NCBI RefSeq assembly: GCF_000006765.1
Contig: NC_002516.2
DNA: 64,000 nt
Strand: one strand, 5' to 3'
Source: Pseudomonas aeruginosa PAO1
GTDB taxonomy: Bacteria > Pseudomonadota > Gammaproteobacteria > Pseudomonadales > Pseudomonadaceae
Position 1 is the first letter of the stretch. The number at the start of each line of letters is the position of its first letter. The position numbers and the translations under genes are program-made. The notes beneath the pieces are model-generated. The model did no database searches, was not told the origin of the DNA, and saw nothing but the letters and a program-made list of their open reading frames with translations. Below are positions 62,804 to 64,000 of the stretch, in pieces.

Positions 62804-64000
62804 TGCGCAGGCACCCGCTGTTATGGAAACTGGCGCTGCTGCAGGTCGGCTTCTGCCTGCTGCTGACCTGGCTGATCTACACCTGGGGCCTGTCGGTGGA
62901 GCGCAGCACCTACTTCCTCGCCCCGGCCGACCGCCACTACCTGGCGGATTACGCGCGGCAGGCGGAGGATGCCTGGCGCAGAGAGGGCGCCGCGGGCGCC
63001 GAACGCTTCCGCAAGGAACTGTCGGCGAAGGAAGATACCTGGGTGGCGCTGGTCGGACCGCACCTGGAAAGCCTCGGCAGCACGCCGCTAAGCGCCGAGG
63101 AGTCGAGCCACCTGACCTTCATGCGCAAGCTCGACTGGCCGATGAGCCGGCGCCTGCAGGACGAACTGCCGTACGTCAGCATCGAGTTCCCCGGACATCC
63201 CGAGCAGGGCCGGCTGGTAATCCAGTTACCGGAGCGCCTGCTGCCCGGCGGACTGACCCCCTGGACCCACCTGGTCACCCACGGCATAGTCCCGACCTTG
63301 CTGGCCGCCCTGCTCGGCCTGCTGCTCTATCGCCACCTGGTGGTGCCGCTGAACCGCTTGCGCGATCGCGCCGACGCCCTGCGCGCCGACGAACTGGAAA
63401 GCACTCCCCTCGCCGCACCGCTGGCGGCCCGCCGCGACGAACTGGGCGAGCTGGCCCAGGCCCTGGAGCACATGGCCGAGCGCCTGCGCCTGAGTCTCGC
63501 CCAGCAGCGCCTGCTGCTGCGCACCCTGTCCCACGAACTGCGCACGCCGCTGGCGCGCCTGCGCATCGCCCACGACAGCGAGCTACCGCCGGAACAGTTG
63601 CGCCAGCGCCTGGATCGCGAAATCGGCGACATGCAACGACTGCTGGAAGACACCCTCGACCTCGCCTGGATGGACACCGAGCGCCCGCAACTGCCCACCG
63701 AGCCGGTGCTGGCGCTGTCGGTGTGGGAAGCGCTGCGCGATGACGCCTGTTTCGAAAGCGGCTGGGACCCGGCGCGGCTACCCTGCCGCTTGGGCGTCGA
63801 CTGTCGCGTCGAGGTACACCTGGACAGCCTGGCCCAGGCCATGGAAAACCTCCTGCGCAACGCCATCCGTCACTCGCCCGAGGACGGCACGGTCAGCCTC
63901 GACGGCGAGCGCGAGGGCGACTTCTGGCACCTGCGCCTGCAGGACCAGGGCCCTGGCGTGGCGGAAGACCAGTTGGAACGCATCTTCCTCCCCTACCAGC
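62803..64000 (+). CDS. pfeS: Sensor histidine kinase PfeS, truncated by the window edge
   Basis: ATG overlaps the pfeR TGA; MRRHPLLWKL start, HAMP domain, LSHELRTPL, ENLLRNAIRH, DQGPG. Confidence 0.92.
   Translation, partial: MRRHPLLWKLALLQVGFCLLLTWLIYTWGLSVERSTYFLAPADRHYLADYARQAEDAWRREGAAGAERFRKELSAKEDTWVALVGPHLESLGSTPLSAEESSHLTFMRKLDWPMSRRLQDELPYVSIEFPGHPEQGRLVIQLPERLLPGGLTPWTHLVTHGIVPTLLAALLGLLLYRHLVVPLNRLRDRADALRADELESTPLAAPLAARRDELGELAQALEHMAERLRLSLAQQRLLLRTLSHELRTPLARLRIAHDSELPPEQLRQRLDREIGDMQRLLEDTLDLAWMDTERPQLPTEPVLALSVWEALRDDACFESGWDPARLPCRLGVDCRVEVHLDSLAQAMENLLRNAIRHSPEDGTVSLDGEREGDFWHLRLQDQGPGVAEDQLERIFLPYQ

Overview
High-GC Pseudomonas aeruginosa chromosome, syntenic with PAO1 PA2632-PA2687 (ortholog numbers and PAO1 details are from recall, not from a search). 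In order: a partial gene, a secretin-like gene, aceA, a PhoX-family phosphatase, a hot-dog fold gene, the complete nuoA-N operon, a methyltransferase, an AI-2E transporter, two chemoreceptors (CtpM, TlpQ) around a YuiF-like permease, the PepSY-PepSY-carRS(bqsRS) operon, a patatin / alpha-beta hydrolase / DUF5329 operon, the nitric oxide module fhpR-fhp-ppyR-nnrS, queD, mvaU, a frameshifted four-cysteine gene, the incomplete Hpl type II secretion cluster headed by an orphan Wzm-like permease, a small catabolic/regulatory block, the T6SS module vgrG4-tse5-tsi5, and pfeR-pfeS (cut by the window edge). I saw no rRNA, tRNA, CRISPR array, IS or integrase. Most of the window is well-known core genome. 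The best candidates for poorly described biology are: (1) the secretin-less T2SS plus Wzm, possibly half of a split glycan/surface-protein export system; (2) a two-phospholipase operon whose second gene resembles eukaryotic DDHD-type PLA1 and overlaps the next gene by 131 nt; (3) a minimal orphan secretin; (4) a +/-1 frameshift in a G-tract of a small secreted protein gene.
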